Assembly (NCBI GenBank): GCA_028286645.1
Contig: JAQBRF010000004.1
Span: forward strand, 408,942 to 472,941
Length of the DNA: 64,000 nucleotides
Source of the DNA: Candidatus Nomurabacteria bacterium
GTDB taxonomy: Bacteria; Patescibacteriota; Minisyncoccia; Phycocordibacterales; UBA5272
Direction of reading: 5' to 3'
Each line of letters begins with the position of its first letter. Positions within the stretch are counted from its first letter, which is position 1. The position numbers and the translations under genes were made by a program. Shown here piece by piece: positions 38,263 through 48,119 of this stretch. The notes beneath the pieces are model-generated. The model saw only the letters and a program-made list of their open reading frames with translations, ran no database searches and was not told the origin of the DNA.

Positions 38263-38751
38263 ATGATGAGACATATCAAAGTTACGTTCGATCCAGATCA
38301 TTTCGGAAAAGAATTAGGGAGTGTAACACCGGAGGACTACATCCACCAACTACGCAGAGAAGTTTTCCCATTCATTTCAGAAGAAGAGGACCTCAAATGC
38401 ATACTGGTGGAGATCGTTACCAATTTCTGCAGGCATTCCACGTATGGCCGAGGAGTCTTAGGGATTTACAGGCAAGGGCCATACATTTGGGTGTATGCCG
38501 AGGATTTCGGTCCAGGTTACGTGGGGAATTCGCCGAAGAAAGATTTCATAAGCATAGCGCGGTTTCATAAAGAAAAATTTAGGGAAGGTAAGCGCGAAGG
38601 CGGACGGGGTCTTTATCACATCCTTAAAAGCTTTAACAAAATAAAAAGAGAGGATGTTTATAGAAGGGTGCGCTACAAAGTAGAAACTAAAGGAAGATTT
38701 TTCTTCGCCGGTCTTTACGCGAGCGCCATCTATGACCGCCTACGCCCATAA
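38263..38751 (+). CDS. GHKL-type ATPase-like protein (anti-sigma-factor-like)
   Basis: 162 aa. E..VEIVTNFCRHS and GGRGLYHIL resemble N-box/G-box of HATPase_c. Confidence 0.4.
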   Translation: MMRHIKVTFDPDHFGKELGSVTPEDYIHQLRREVFPFISEEEDLKCILVEIVTNFCRHSTYGRGVLGIYRQGPYIWVYAEDFGPGYVGNSPKKDFISIARFHKEKFREGKREGGRGLYHILKSFNKIKREDVYRRVRYKVETKGRFFFAGLYASAIYDRLRP

Positions 38752-38769
38752 GCCCGCCGAAAGGACGGG

Positions 38770-39234
38770 CTATTTTATTTCTGTTAAGCTGTGCTCAATG
38801 ATTTTATTATATCCATCAAATATAAACTTTCCTGTAAATTTTTTTCCTTGTAAAAATAATGGGTACCAGTATTCATCATCCGGCCACATGTCCTTATATG
38901 GAATTTCGCTAATAGAAAACCACTCGGGTTTCATCTCTCTTCCTTCGCTTGGAATACCGACATATTTAATTACCCTAAAAACATTTACTTCCATTAATTT
39001 ATCTTTTCCTCTGTATTCAAAATCCATCACTCCGACTAACTCAAGCTCTTCTGCGAGCAATCCAGATTCTTCCATCAGCTCTCTACGAGCTGCTTCTTCC
39101 AGGAATTCATACTTGTGTACTTTCCCGCCAAAACCATTCCATCTGCCTTTTCCAGCGCCGATCTTATGAAGACCGAGCAAAATTTTCCCGTCATTACAAA
39201 CCAAACAATTAGTTGTTATGATTTTCTCAGACAT
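38770..39234 (-). CDS. NUDIX hydrolase
   Basis: Nudix box GGKVHKYEFLEEAARRELMEESGL. Confidence 0.75.
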   Translation of the reverse strand: MSEKIITTNCLVCNDGKILLGLHKIGAGKGRWNGFGGKVHKYEFLEEAARRELMEESGLLAEELELVGVMDFEYRGKDKLMEVNVFRVIKYVGIPSEGREMKPEWFSISEIPYKDMWPDDEYWYPLFLQGKKFTGKFIFDGYNKIIEHSLTEIK

Positions 39235-39264
39235 TATTGCAATAAGTATACCAGTGATATACTT

Positions 39265-39428
39265 TTAGTATCTATAGGAGGAAACTGGCCAGTCCTTCTA
39301 TTTCTCCCGATGGAGTGGCAAAGATTGGCTACCGCAAGGGTCGTGGGGTTTTACTCCTGCATACCAAGGATTACGTCCGGAGTGTGCATGAAGGAGTCTT
39401 ATACCCAAAACCACGACCGCAGTCTTGC
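39265..39428 (+). ncRNA. candidate structured small RNA of unknown class with intrinsic terminator
   Basis: GC-rich non-coding stretch. Nested long-range helices (GGGTCGTGGGGTTTT/CCCAAAACCACGACC and ACTCCTGCAT/ATGAAGGAGT). Ends ACCGCA-GTCTT-GCGGTG+T6. 10-bp palindrome ACTGGCCAGT at the 5' end. Confidence 0.3.
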
Positions 39429-39538
39429 GGTGTTTTTTATTCGAAAATAAAGAATCTAATTTTGTAAAATAAAAAGATATCTTAGTAAATCAAATCTTGT
39501 ATTAAGCGATTTGTTAAATATGAAAGTATCTTTAAATA

Positions 39539-40120
39539 TTAAATAAACTTTACTTTTTTTACCTGCTTTTCAAATGTCATTATTACGTACTCCTTATCAT
39601 CGATCCCCTCGAGTGCGTAAATTTGGGTGGCAGAAAACTTCTTAGCATCTTCTTTGTTAAAACCTAATAGAGAAATTGCTTTGTCTACGTCTCCCCATGA
39701 CTTCCCTTCTATTTCTAGAAATGGCTTAAGCAAAGGATATTCATCTATATCAAACTCTATACCATCCATGATATATCGGGTGCGCTTGTTTTCTATGTAA
39801 AATTTGTCGACTAGCCCAATCTTTCTTAAGATATCTGCCGTTCCTTCATAATCTTTCACTTCGACTTCTCTTTCATACATTCCTTCATCTTTTCCAGTTG
39901 TCCCCTGCATACCGAGGCGCTGTTTAAAACCAAGCATTACTCTACCACCTTCATCTCGAAGCCTGACCCAAGCACCCTGTTTATCTAATCTAAGATCTGG
40001 GTAATCAAATACATTTCTCTTATAAAAATAATCACCCTCTTTCTTTGCTCCTAAAGAAATAAGCTTTTCTTCCAAGCTTTCTTTGTCGATATTTAAAAAC
40101 TTTACTTCAATTTCTTCCAT
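39539..40120 (-). CDS. CYTH-domain protein (class IV adenylate cyclase/triphosphatase-like)
   Basis: N-terminal EIEVKF and downstream acidic/basic residues of the CYTH triphosphate tunnel. 193 aa. Confidence 0.65.
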   Translation of the reverse strand: MEEIEVKFLNIDKESLEEKLISLGAKKEGDYFYKRNVFDYPDLRLDKQGAWVRLRDEGGRVMLGFKQRLGMQGTTGKDEGMYEREVEVKDYEGTADILRKIGLVDKFYIENKRTRYIMDGIEFDIDEYPLLKPFLEIEGKSWGDVDKAISLLGFNKEDAKKFSATQIYALEGIDDKEYVIMTFEKQVKKVKFI

Positions 40121-40527
40121 ATATATAATACTTTGTCTTTCGCATTCTCCGGCAAAAAGTTTGTTAATTTAAAAAATTCCTCTATTGTTACCCAAGTAAG
40201 AATATATTTATTAGTTTCACTAACTTTTTCCGCCTCTGGCCCACCTAATATAAATTCTCCTCTATAATCAATAATTAAAAAGTTATGCTCTTCCCGTCCA
40301 ACATTAGGAATTGTAAATACTTTCTTTTTTTCTTTGACTTCTATTGTGAGCTCTTCTTTCATTTCTCTGACAAGAGCAATTTCAGCGGTTTCACCTTCTT
40401 CTACGCTACCTCCGGGTAAAACCCAATATTCTCTGTCGCCATTAAATCTATGGATAAGAAGAATTTTATTATCTTTAATAATAATCCCCGAAGCACGATC
40501 CTTTGTTAAAGTTTTAGTCCAAGTCAT
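40102..40527 (-). CDS. NUDIX hydrolase
   Basis: Nudix box GGSVEEGETAEIALVREMKEELTI. Confidence 0.75.
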   Translation of the reverse strand: MTWTKTLTKDRASGIIIKDNKILLIHRFNGDREYWVLPGGSVEEGETAEIALVREMKEELTIEVKEKKKVFTIPNVGREEHNFLIIDYRGEFILGGPEAEKVSETNKYILTWVTIEEFFKLTNFLPENAKDKVLYIWKKLK

Positions 40528-40571
40528 CTTACTATTATATATATAAAACTAAAATAGAGAAAATGCTTTAC

Positions 40572-43112
40572 TTATTTCTTTTGATTCATCAATCGCTGAT
40601 GTTCCTCGGTATTTAACGCTCCGCATTTCTTCCATTTTTTACCGCTTCCGCAAGGACAATGATCATTTCTGCCGATGTCTTTTACTTCCTCACTTCCAGC
40701 ATCTCCCCCAGGAATAACGGCTACAAAGTTTTGGTTGGCGGCTTGCTGAGACGCGAAGAATCCATCAATGTTTTCTATAAACATAATCAATTCAGCTCGG
40801 AGAGTGGCTTCGAGGGATTTGAATGCGCGCAATCCTTCTTTCTTATATTCAACAAGAGGATCTCGCTGACCATAAGCACGAAGATTCACGCTATTTCTCA
40901 AATGCTCCATCTGATCTAGATGCTCCATCCATAATGTATCTATTACTTGAAGCATCATGACTCTGAAGATATGACGTACTGCTTCTTTGGTATATTGCTC
41001 ATCTTTTTCTTTTAAGATGCTTTCGAGTTCTGGTTTTTCTAGAATCAATTCTGCAATTGCTTCTTCAATAAATGATTCATCGTTGAAAAGAATCTTTCTT
41101 CTTCTAGAATAAATACTTGTTCTTTGCTGATTTAAGACATCGTCATACTGAAGAGTATGCTTACGAGTGTCGAAATGGAATCCTTCGATCTTTTCCTGGG
41201 CATTTTCAAGAGCTCGAGATACTAGTTTAGACTGTACTGGTTCGTCTTCTGGAATGCCGAAGCGTCCCATCATGGCTTTTATGTTTTGAGAACCGAATAC
41301 GCGCATCAAGTCATCTTCTAATGATACGAAAAATTGTGTCTCTCCCACATCTCCTTGGCGGCCTGATCTTCCTCTTAACTGATTGTCGATTCTGCGAGCT
41401 TCATGACGCTCTGTACCTATGACAAATAATCCGCCCTGAGCTAATACTTCTTCGCGTTCTGCTTCTGTCGCGCTCGGTCCTCCTAATTTAATATCCACTC
41501 CGCGGCCCGCCATGTTAGTAGCAATAGTTACCGCTCCTTTCTTACCAGCTTCTGCGATAATTTCTCCTTCTCTTTCGTGATTCTTCGCGTTAAGCACTGC
41601 GTGAGGGATGTTGGCGCGTGTTAAATATTCTGAAATAGCTTCGTTCTTTTCAATTGAAATAGTACCAATAAGAACCGGTTGGCCTTTTTCATGAAGCTCT
41701 TTTATCCTGCGCGTTAATGCTTGCCACTTGCCTTTTTCTGATTGGTATATCAGATCATTGTGATCTTTTCTGTTAATAGGATTATGTGTAGGAACTGGAG
41801 TAACAACTAAACCATACACTCTATAAAATTCTTCTTTTGAAGTAAGAGCAGTTCCTGTCATGCCGGCAAGCTTTTCATAAAACCTAAAGTAATTCTGGAA
41901 TGTGATCGATGCCAGCGTGCGAGATTCTTGCTCTATCTTTACACCTTCTTTAGCTTCGATTGCTTGATGTAGCCCATCTGACCATCGTCGTCCCGGCTGC
42001 ATACGTCCAGTAAATTCGTCCACTATAACAACTCCATTATCCTTTACCACATATTCACGCTCGCGCAGGAAAAGCGCTTTTGCTTTCACGGCAGTTTCTA
42101 AATGGTGAACATTCTTCATCCCTTCTACCGAATAAATATTAGATAATCCGAGCAATTCTTCTGCTTTTGAAATACCTTCTTCTGTTAATGAAATTGCGCG
42201 CTGCTTTTCATCCACTTTATAGTGATCTCCTTCTTGTAATTGCTCGGCCACAGCTGCGAACTTCTTATACATATCGCTAGACTCTTGAGCGGGTGCAGAA
42301 ATAATAAGCGGAGTTCTCGCTTCATCGATAAGAATAGAGTCGATTTCGTCCACTATCGCATAATGATGACTCCATTGCGTGATAGCTTCCGCGTTGTAAC
42401 CAATATTGTCTCGAAGATAATCGAATCCGAATTCATTATTTGTTCCATAAGTAACATCGGCTCTGTATGCATCCTGGCGAGTCGTTGGCTTTAAATAATC
42501 ATATATAACTTTGTATGATCCAACTTCGTCGCGCTTAATGTCGTCTTTTTCCTCAACTTCCTTATTTAAATGAGAGCTGTCATAAATAAATGATGATAGG
42601 TGATTTATCACAGCCACTTTTATGCCAAGAGCATCATATACTTGACCCATCCACACGGCATCGCGGCGTGAAAGGTAATCGTTCACTGTAACTATATGCA
42701 CTCCGCGTCCTGTTAAGGCATTTAGATATGCGGGGAGCGTCGCCACGAGAGTCTTTCCTTCCCCGGTTCTCATTTCGGCGATGTGGCCCTCATGAAGCAA
42801 GATTCCTCCGATCACCTGCACTCTGTAATGCATCATATGAAGAGTTCTTCTAGCTGCTTCACGAACTAATGCGAAAGCTTCCGGTAAAACTTCGTTTAAA
42901 ACTCTTTTTTCCGTCTTTTTTAAATCGTCCCCCGACTTTCCTTCAAGCTCTTTTTCTACTCGCTTTTTTAATTGAAGACTTCTTTCTTTTAAAGCTTCGT
43001 CGCCCATTCCTTTTAGTTCTTCTTCATATGAAAAAACCGTGTCAACTATAGGAGCTAACTTTTTTATAACGCTTTTTGATTCGTCTGGGAAAAGGCTTGA
43101 GAATATGGACAT
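40572..43112 (-). CDS. secA: preprotein translocase ATPase SecA
   Basis: 846 aa. DEAD-like motor motifs, preprotein cross-linking domain, C-terminal zinc finger CPCGSGKKWKKC. Confidence 0.95.
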   Translation of the reverse strand: MSIFSSLFPDESKSVIKKLAPIVDTVFSYEEELKGMGDEALKERSLQLKKRVEKELEGKSGDDLKKTEKRVLNEVLPEAFALVREAARRTLHMMHYRVQVIGGILLHEGHIAEMRTGEGKTLVATLPAYLNALTGRGVHIVTVNDYLSRRDAVWMGQVYDALGIKVAVINHLSSFIYDSSHLNKEVEEKDDIKRDEVGSYKVIYDYLKPTTRQDAYRADVTYGTNNEFGFDYLRDNIGYNAEAITQWSHHYAIVDEIDSILIDEARTPLIISAPAQESSDMYKKFAAVAEQLQEGDHYKVDEKQRAISLTEEGISKAEELLGLSNIYSVEGMKNVHHLETAVKAKALFLREREYVVKDNGVVIVDEFTGRMQPGRRWSDGLHQAIEAKEGVKIEQESRTLASITFQNYFRFYEKLAGMTGTALTSKEEFYRVYGLVVTPVPTHNPINRKDHNDLIYQSEKGKWQALTRRIKELHEKGQPVLIGTISIEKNEAISEYLTRANIPHAVLNAKNHEREGEIIAEAGKKGAVTIATNMAGRGVDIKLGGPSATEAEREEVLAQGGLFVIGTERHEARRIDNQLRGRSGRQGDVGETQFFVSLEDDLMRVFGSQNIKAMMGRFGIPEDEPVQSKLVSRALENAQEKIEGFHFDTRKHTLQYDDVLNQQRTSIYSRRRKILFNDESFIEEAIAELILEKPELESILKEKDEQYTKEAVRHIFRVMMLQVIDTLWMEHLDQMEHLRNSVNLRAYGQRDPLVEYKKEGLRAFKSLEATLRAELIMFIENIDGFFASQQAANQNFVAVIPGGDAGSEEVKDIGRNDHCPCGSGKKWKKCGALNTEEHQRLMNQKK

Positions 43113-43161
43113 AGATAGCTAATTATAGCATAAACAGTCGATGGTTTATAGTCACTGGTTA

Positions 43162-43587
43162 CTAGTTAATTGCCAGCCCAGAAAGATATTTCTTGATAAT
43201 CTCAATATCTTTTAAATCCTTATTCCTACTATAGATTTTCTTTATTTCAACTACATGACTTAGAGTAGCAAAAGGAATGCCCTGAATCATTTCAGAATCT
43301 TTTCTTACTTCTTCAAATCCCTTATTTGTTCCTCCTATGGTTGGATAAAGTTCTACAGTCCCCTCATTATTTACTAACCCCGAAGGTTCTGTAGGGATTA
43401 TTCTTGGATGATAGTGCCATTCTGGTTTCTTTTTCAATTCTTCTAGAAGATCTTGCGAAACTAATATATCTATATCAGTAGTTTCTTTTATCTTTCTTCC
43501 TGCCATTGCCGCCCCACCTATAACCACATACTTATCTGGAGGAAAGTTTAGAGATTTAATAAGAGTAAATATATCCGTATATTTCAT
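43162..43587 (-). CDS. minimal nucleotidyltransferase-fold protein (tentative)
   Basis: VVIGGAAMAGRKIKETTDIDILV resembles the GS...DxD motif of MNT-type nucleotidyltransferases. Confidence 0.3.
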   Translation of the reverse strand: MKYTDIFTLIKSLNFPPDKYVVIGGAAMAGRKIKETTDIDILVSQDLLEELKKKPEWHYHPRIIPTEPSGLVNNEGTVELYPTIGGTNKGFEEVRKDSEMIQGIPFATLSHVVEIKKIYSRNKDLKDIEIIKKYLSGLAIN

Positions 43588-44924
43588 ATATTATTTAAAA
43601 TTCTTTCAGCAACTTCTTTTCCACTCGACAATGCCCCTTCTACTGTGGCTGTATCATGACCGGTATAAAGGGCCTCCCCAGCAAAATAAACTTTGTTATT
43701 AAGAGGAGTGGTTAGTTCTTTAATAGCAGCAAGAGTTTCGGGCGTGGCATAACTATATGCGCCTAATGTATATGGATCCGCTGGCCAATTTATAACTTTC
43801 GCTGTTATTATTTGTTTCCTTATATTCTCTTCACTTACTTTCAAAATTCTGGATAATGATTCAATTTCTAAATTAAGAATTTCCGCATCTGGAGCATTTT
43901 TATATTTTTCTGTATTTTTACCTACTATCCATCCAGTGAGCACCGGGTGAGTCTCAGGATATTGCGTCCACCATGACCGGATTTCTTCATTTAAAAGAAG
44001 AAATGTCATCTTACTCAAATCCTTCCCCCATGCATTATTCCACCACGGCGTCTTAAATCTAATTAAAACTTTTATGACACTGCCAAACCCAATGTCTGAT
44101 ATAGCTTTTATTTTCTTAGGAATCTCTGGAATAAATTGTATTGATGTAATAACTGGGAGAGGAACGGTAACTATAACCTTATCGCCAGAAAATATAGTTC
44201 CGTCCTCACAACTAACTCTTATCCCGTAACCACCGTGAATTACACTAATAACTTTTTTATTTAAAATTATTTCTACGCCGGTCTTTTCGCAAGCTGATCT
44301 TAAATAAGAAAGGAGCTTTCCGTACCCTTCTTTTATTCTTCCTTGTTTCCACTCACCCCCGCTTAACCATTCATCTCTAAGTGCAAATGTACTGATTTTA
44401 TTTATATCCGCTACATCATATCCTTCAGCCATGTCTACGACCCACTCTCGCAACTGAGAATAGCTTTCGTCTTTAAAGTTTTTTTCAAGAAATATTGAAA
44501 TGGGCACATCTTCTTTTATTTCTCCAAGCTTTTGAATAATCTCTTCTTTATATTGCAAGAAAATCGGATCGCCTGTTGGTCCTCCTAAAGATTTAGTAAG
44601 TTCACCATTTCTTAAGTTAAATATTTCTCCTCCTGCCATATCCACAATGCTTAGCCCCGCTTCCTTTATTAACTCTTTCGTAACTGGTGAATCTCCATGA
44701 ATAAATTCTGCACCCCCTTGTGCTTCATATCCAAACTCTTCTTCTGAAAGCGGTAAAATTCTTCCCCCGACTCTATCTCTAGCCTCCAAGACTATAATCT
44801 TTTTACCTAACTTGCTTAATTCTCTTGCAGCCATTAATCCAGAAGCTCCAGCGCCTATAACTACTATTTTAGATTTATCCATCGCTTGATTATAGCAACT
44901 TGTCCTAATTTTATTTAAATTCAA
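43584..44924 (-). CDS. FAD-dependent amine oxidase/protoporphyrinogen oxidase-like flavoprotein
   Basis: N-terminal dinucleotide fold VVIGAGASGLMAARELSKLGKKIIVLEARDRVGGR. Confidence 0.7.
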   Translation of the reverse strand: MNLNKIRTSCYNQAMDKSKIVVIGAGASGLMAARELSKLGKKIIVLEARDRVGGRILPLSEEEFGYEAQGGAEFIHGDSPVTKELIKEAGLSIVDMAGGEIFNLRNGELTKSLGGPTGDPIFLQYKEEIIQKLGEIKEDVPISIFLEKNFKDESYSQLREWVVDMAEGYDVADINKISTFALRDEWLSGGEWKQGRIKEGYGKLLSYLRSACEKTGVEIILNKKVISVIHGGYGIRVSCEDGTIFSGDKVIVTVPLPVITSIQFIPEIPKKIKAISDIGFGSVIKVLIRFKTPWWNNAWGKDLSKMTFLLLNEEIRSWWTQYPETHPVLTGWIVGKNTEKYKNAPDAEILNLEIESLSRILKVSEENIRKQIITAKVINWPADPYTLGAYSYATPETLAAIKELTTPLNNKVYFAGEALYTGHDTATVEGALSSGKEVAERILNNI

Positions 44925-45468
44925 TGGAATTAATTATTTCGTTCCATTCTCCTTCCGACAATTCGACATAGTCTGGTAGATATCTATAGGTATAAGAAAT
45001 TTCTAAATAGTGATTAGCATCTAATGGAATTTGGAAAATCCTCCATTCATACCCAGTGGAGGTAACAAAATAATGGTTATAGCCATTTTTTCCATTTACC
45101 ACCACTTCATTTGTCCTTTCATCTGTTTCGCGATCAAACTGCTTTATTAATGTATCTAATAAATTCTCACACACTAAAGTTACGGTGACATTACTAGCAA
45201 TAGCTAGCTGCTTGCTTTTTATCACACTATCATCCCATGCTGCTACAGTTGCGCATTCATCGAGTTTTAGGGCTGTAAAGGAGCCAATCTTTGATGGATA
45301 TTTAAAATCAAATTTATATTCATCATTTATATAAGTAAGATCCCCGGTAGAACTAGCAGAATTAGGTATATGTACCGAGGTATTAGTATCCTTTTTATTA
45401 TTAAAATAAAAGGCTCCGATAGAAATGATTAATATCATTCCTATTAAAATCCATAATCGTTTTTTCAT
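44911..45468 (-). CDS. secreted hypothetical protein
   Basis: Signal peptide MKKRLWILIGMILIISIGAFYF. 185 aa. Confidence 0.4.
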   Translation of the reverse strand: MKKRLWILIGMILIISIGAFYFNNKKDTNTSVHIPNSASSTGDLTYINDEYKFDFKYPSKIGSFTALKLDECATVAAWDDSVIKSKQLAIASNVTVTLVCENLLDTLIKQFDRETDERTNEVVVNGKNGYNHYFVTSTGYEWRIFQIPLDANHYLEISYTYRYLPDYVELSEGEWNEIINSIEFK

Positions 45469-45471
45469 AGA

Positions 45472-46170
45472 TTATTTCCCCTCGAATGTAAATGGATTAT
45501 AAGAAATCCCTTTATCGTATACATCCAAGCCCTCCGCTTTTTTTAATTTATTTATAACAAAATAAGTAACAGGAGTAAGCACAACTTCTATCAGCACCTT
45601 AGCTAGGTATCCAGAGATAATAGTAGTCAAAATCGCCGAATTTGGGATAATACCCCAAAAACCAATTAAAATAAAGAAGGTTGTATCTAATCCTTCTCCG
45701 ACAATTGTAGACCCTATTGTTCTCATCCATAAATACTTACCTTGACTCCATACTTTCATTCGCGAAAGAACGTAAGAGTTCGCAAATTCTCCTATAAAAT
45801 AAGCAATCATTCCGGCCACTAGTATGCGTGGTGTTGCTCCTAATATAGCTTCATAAGCCGCTTGATTCTGCCAAAAAGCTGGATATGGTAAGTATTGTAC
45901 GAAAACGTAACATAATGTCATTAATATAAGCACGGCAAATCCTGCCCAAACTATTTTTCTAGATTCTTTATATCCATATACTTCAGTAAGAACGTCTCCA
46001 AATATGTAACTTAATGGGAAAATAAACGTTGCGCCCGCAAAAATAAAAGGTCCAATTTCTACCAATTTACTTCCAACAGTATTGGAAACCATGAGCACGG
46101 CTACGAAAAATATTCCTACGTACATTAGGTATCGACTATGCGTCGCTACAGCTCGTGGCTCTGTTTCCAT
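45472..46170 (-). CDS. queuosine-precursor transporter family (YhhQ/DUF165) membrane protein
   Basis: Polytopic protein with ...FIFPLSYIFGDVLTEVYGY... motif characteristic of YhhQ. Confidence 0.6.
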   Translation of the reverse strand: METEPRAVATHSRYLMYVGIFFVAVLMVSNTVGSKLVEIGPFIFAGATFIFPLSYIFGDVLTEVYGYKESRKIVWAGFAVLILMTLCYVFVQYLPYPAFWQNQAAYEAILGATPRILVAGMIAYFIGEFANSYVLSRMKVWSQGKYLWMRTIGSTIVGEGLDTTFFILIGFWGIIPNSAILTTIISGYLAKVLIEVVLTPVTYFVINKLKKAEGLDVYDKGISYNPFTFEGK

Positions 46171-46211
46171 GTTTATACTCTAATTAGATCATTAAATTTA
46201 ACGAATAGCAA

Positions 46212-46895
46212 CTAAGTCTTTTTAGCAACAATCAGCATGGTAAGAAGTTTGACCTTATCTTTATAAGGATGAGTTTCGTCCATCCTAGCATTCGCATTTT
46301 CAATAGATTTATAAGTATCTATCTCAAACCCAGCATCTTTTAGATCTTTTTCTACTTTTTTATAAGATTTCAATATATTAGTAACTAATGTTGTGTTTTC
46401 GCTAATTCCCAATCTAATAGGTGCCGGGGTATTTAATGGAAGGTCCAAGCCCTCAGGAATCTCATAAGCTCCCATGGTGGCCACTAAATATCCGTCTTTT
46501 TTCAATACTCTATAAATTTCTTTTAATGGTTTTAAGGTGTCTACAAAATGATGCAAGACAAAGAATGCAAAAGTTAAATCAAATGCCCTTTCTTCAAAGG
46601 GTAAGTTATTTCCGTCTGCTTCTATGAATTGAATGGCGGGATGCTTACTTTTTGCTAACTCTATCATTTTGGGAGCATCATCAATTCCTACAATTTCTCT
46701 TGCTCCTAATTTAATAAATTCCTCTGCATAAACTCCATCGCCGCATCCAAAATCCAACACTTTCTTATCTTTTATTCCTATTCTTTCAATATGAGAAAAA
46801 ACTTCTTTATCAGTCGCCTTATAGTTTGCTCTATTCTGTGCATATGTTTCTGAAAGTTCGTCTGAATATAGTGGCATATAAGTATATAATATCAT
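46212..46895 (-). CDS. class I SAM-dependent methyltransferase
   Basis: Motif I VLDFGCGDGVY and downstream acidic loop. Confidence 0.7.
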   Translation of the reverse strand: MILYTYMPLYSDELSETYAQNRANYKATDKEVFSHIERIGIKDKKVLDFGCGDGVYAEEFIKLGAREIVGIDDAPKMIELAKSKHPAIQFIEADGNNLPFEERAFDLTFAFFVLHHFVDTLKPLKEIYRVLKKDGYLVATMGAYEIPEGLDLPLNTPAPIRLGISENTTLVTNILKSYKKVEKDLKDAGFEIDTYKSIENANARMDETHPYKDKVKLLTMLIVAKKT

Positions 46896-46933
46896 TTAAA
46901 AATAAATCCGCCGATCTTGCGACCAGCGGCATT

Positions 46934-47470
46934 TCATCTCCTCCACGAAATCACAGCAAGATGTTCAGAGTTGTCGCCAGCATTAAGGACACTGGCTCCG
47001 AGTTTTTCATACCAAGCAGACAACTCCGGCTCGCACACCCCCCATAACACGGGGTGGACCTCAAGGACTTTTCGGACAGAACGCCGCACGATCTCCGCCC
47101 CCCAACCCTCACCCCTTTTCACATTACGCACATGAAGACATGTAATGTATGAAGCCCCTGTGGCTTCAAGAGTGGATTGCATGTATTTTAGATCTGGGTC
47201 GGTGAATCTTTCAGGAGATTGTTCGAAGTGAAGAACCCCACCGAAAAATTCTCTGTCCATTCCGGACGTAAGAAACTGATATGGCAGGATGGTGCCCGGA
47301 TCGCAGCCGATAGTGCGGTAAATCTCCCTTTCGAAATGCCGGCCATTTGTACAGAACGAGAGATGATTTAATGGCTTAAGCCAAGGTATTACAGGCCCAA
47401 ACTCATTCATAAGCTGAATAAACTGCAAGAGAAAGGCTCTCCCGCTGACATCTTTTTTCAAAAGAAGCAT
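46934..47470 (-). CDS. GNAT-like acetyltransferase, tentative (GC-rich islet)
   Basis: Elevated GC versus flanks. RGEGWGAEIV resembles GNAT motif A. Confidence 0.35.
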   Translation of the reverse strand: MLLLKKDVSGRAFLLQFIQLMNEFGPVIPWLKPLNHLSFCTNGRHFEREIYRTIGCDPGTILPYQFLTSGMDREFFGGVLHFEQSPERFTDPDLKYMQSTLEATGASYITCLHVRNVKRGEGWGAEIVRRSVRKVLEVHPVLWGVCEPELSAWYEKLGASVLNAGDNSEHLAVISWRR

Positions 47471-47585
47471 GTTAGCACCTCAAATCATTGTTTATCTTGT
47501 TCTAATATATTAAAAGCTGTCTGTCAATTTATAATAAGCGCAATGAATCTTTAGAATGAGATATCTTCCTTTTTTAAATTATTCT

Positions 47586-47692
47586 GAATTCGAGGGCGGG
47601 AGAGGTTTTGAAAGAAACGTACACAGAAGTACATAGAGGAGAAACTTAGACTAGCAACAAAGAAGCCGGATAATTTAAGAAGAGAGAAAACA
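47586..47692. mobile_element. MITE-like element copy 2 (shorter terminal inverted repeats)
   Basis: TTAAAATTAT ... ATAATTTAA termini. Core GTACACAGAAGTACATAGAGGAG...TAGCAACAAAG homologous to copy 1. Confidence 0.35.
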
Positions 47693-47752
47693 AAAATCGC
47701 TTCGTGGGAGTGAAGCGATTTTTGTAAATTGAACCAAGTGAGACTATGCTCT

Positions 47753-47830
47753 CTTAGCGCTCTTTCGTTTTGCAACTTTCTTCTTTGAAGATTTCTTTGC
47801 TGCTTTCTTTTTTGCTGCCATAAAATTTTA
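47753..47830 (-). CDS. possible 25-aa Lys/Ala-rich micro-ORF (very tentative)
   Basis: ATG-MAAKKKAAKKSSKKKVAKRKSAKRA-TAG followed immediately by hairpin AAATCGCTTC/GAAGCGATTT+T-run. TATAAT 10 nt upstream, no SD. Confidence 0.2.
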
Positions 47831-48069
47831 TTATACAAATTTTTAGAGAGTGCTGGTAATATTGTTTTTGATCAGCGACCACTGATCACGTCTCTCTACT
47901 TATAAGTATGTCATGCATACAAACGTTAACAATAGTTTTTGTAACTTTATATGTGGATAACTTTTTTGTTTTCAGATTTATTTTTTATTTTTTTAATTGT
48001 TATATATGCAGATGCGAAGATTTCGCAAATATGAGTCATTAGTTATTGATTAATTAGTTATTAGTGAAT

Positions 48070-48102
48070 GTAAAAACGGCACCGTTAGTGCCGTTTTTAC
48101 AG
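48070..48102. terminator. bidirectional rho-independent terminator
   Basis: GTAAAAACGGCAC-CGTTA-GTGCCGTTTTTAC. Confidence 0.6.
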
Positions 48103-48119
48103 AATTTATATCTCTCTAA

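Noticed and set aside
47551-47838. 95-aa minus-strand ORF
   Set aside because: It spans the MITE-like element and an A-rich region, and it is very basic with low complexity. Only the 25-codon frame with a following terminator was kept, and even that only as a very tentative micro-ORF.
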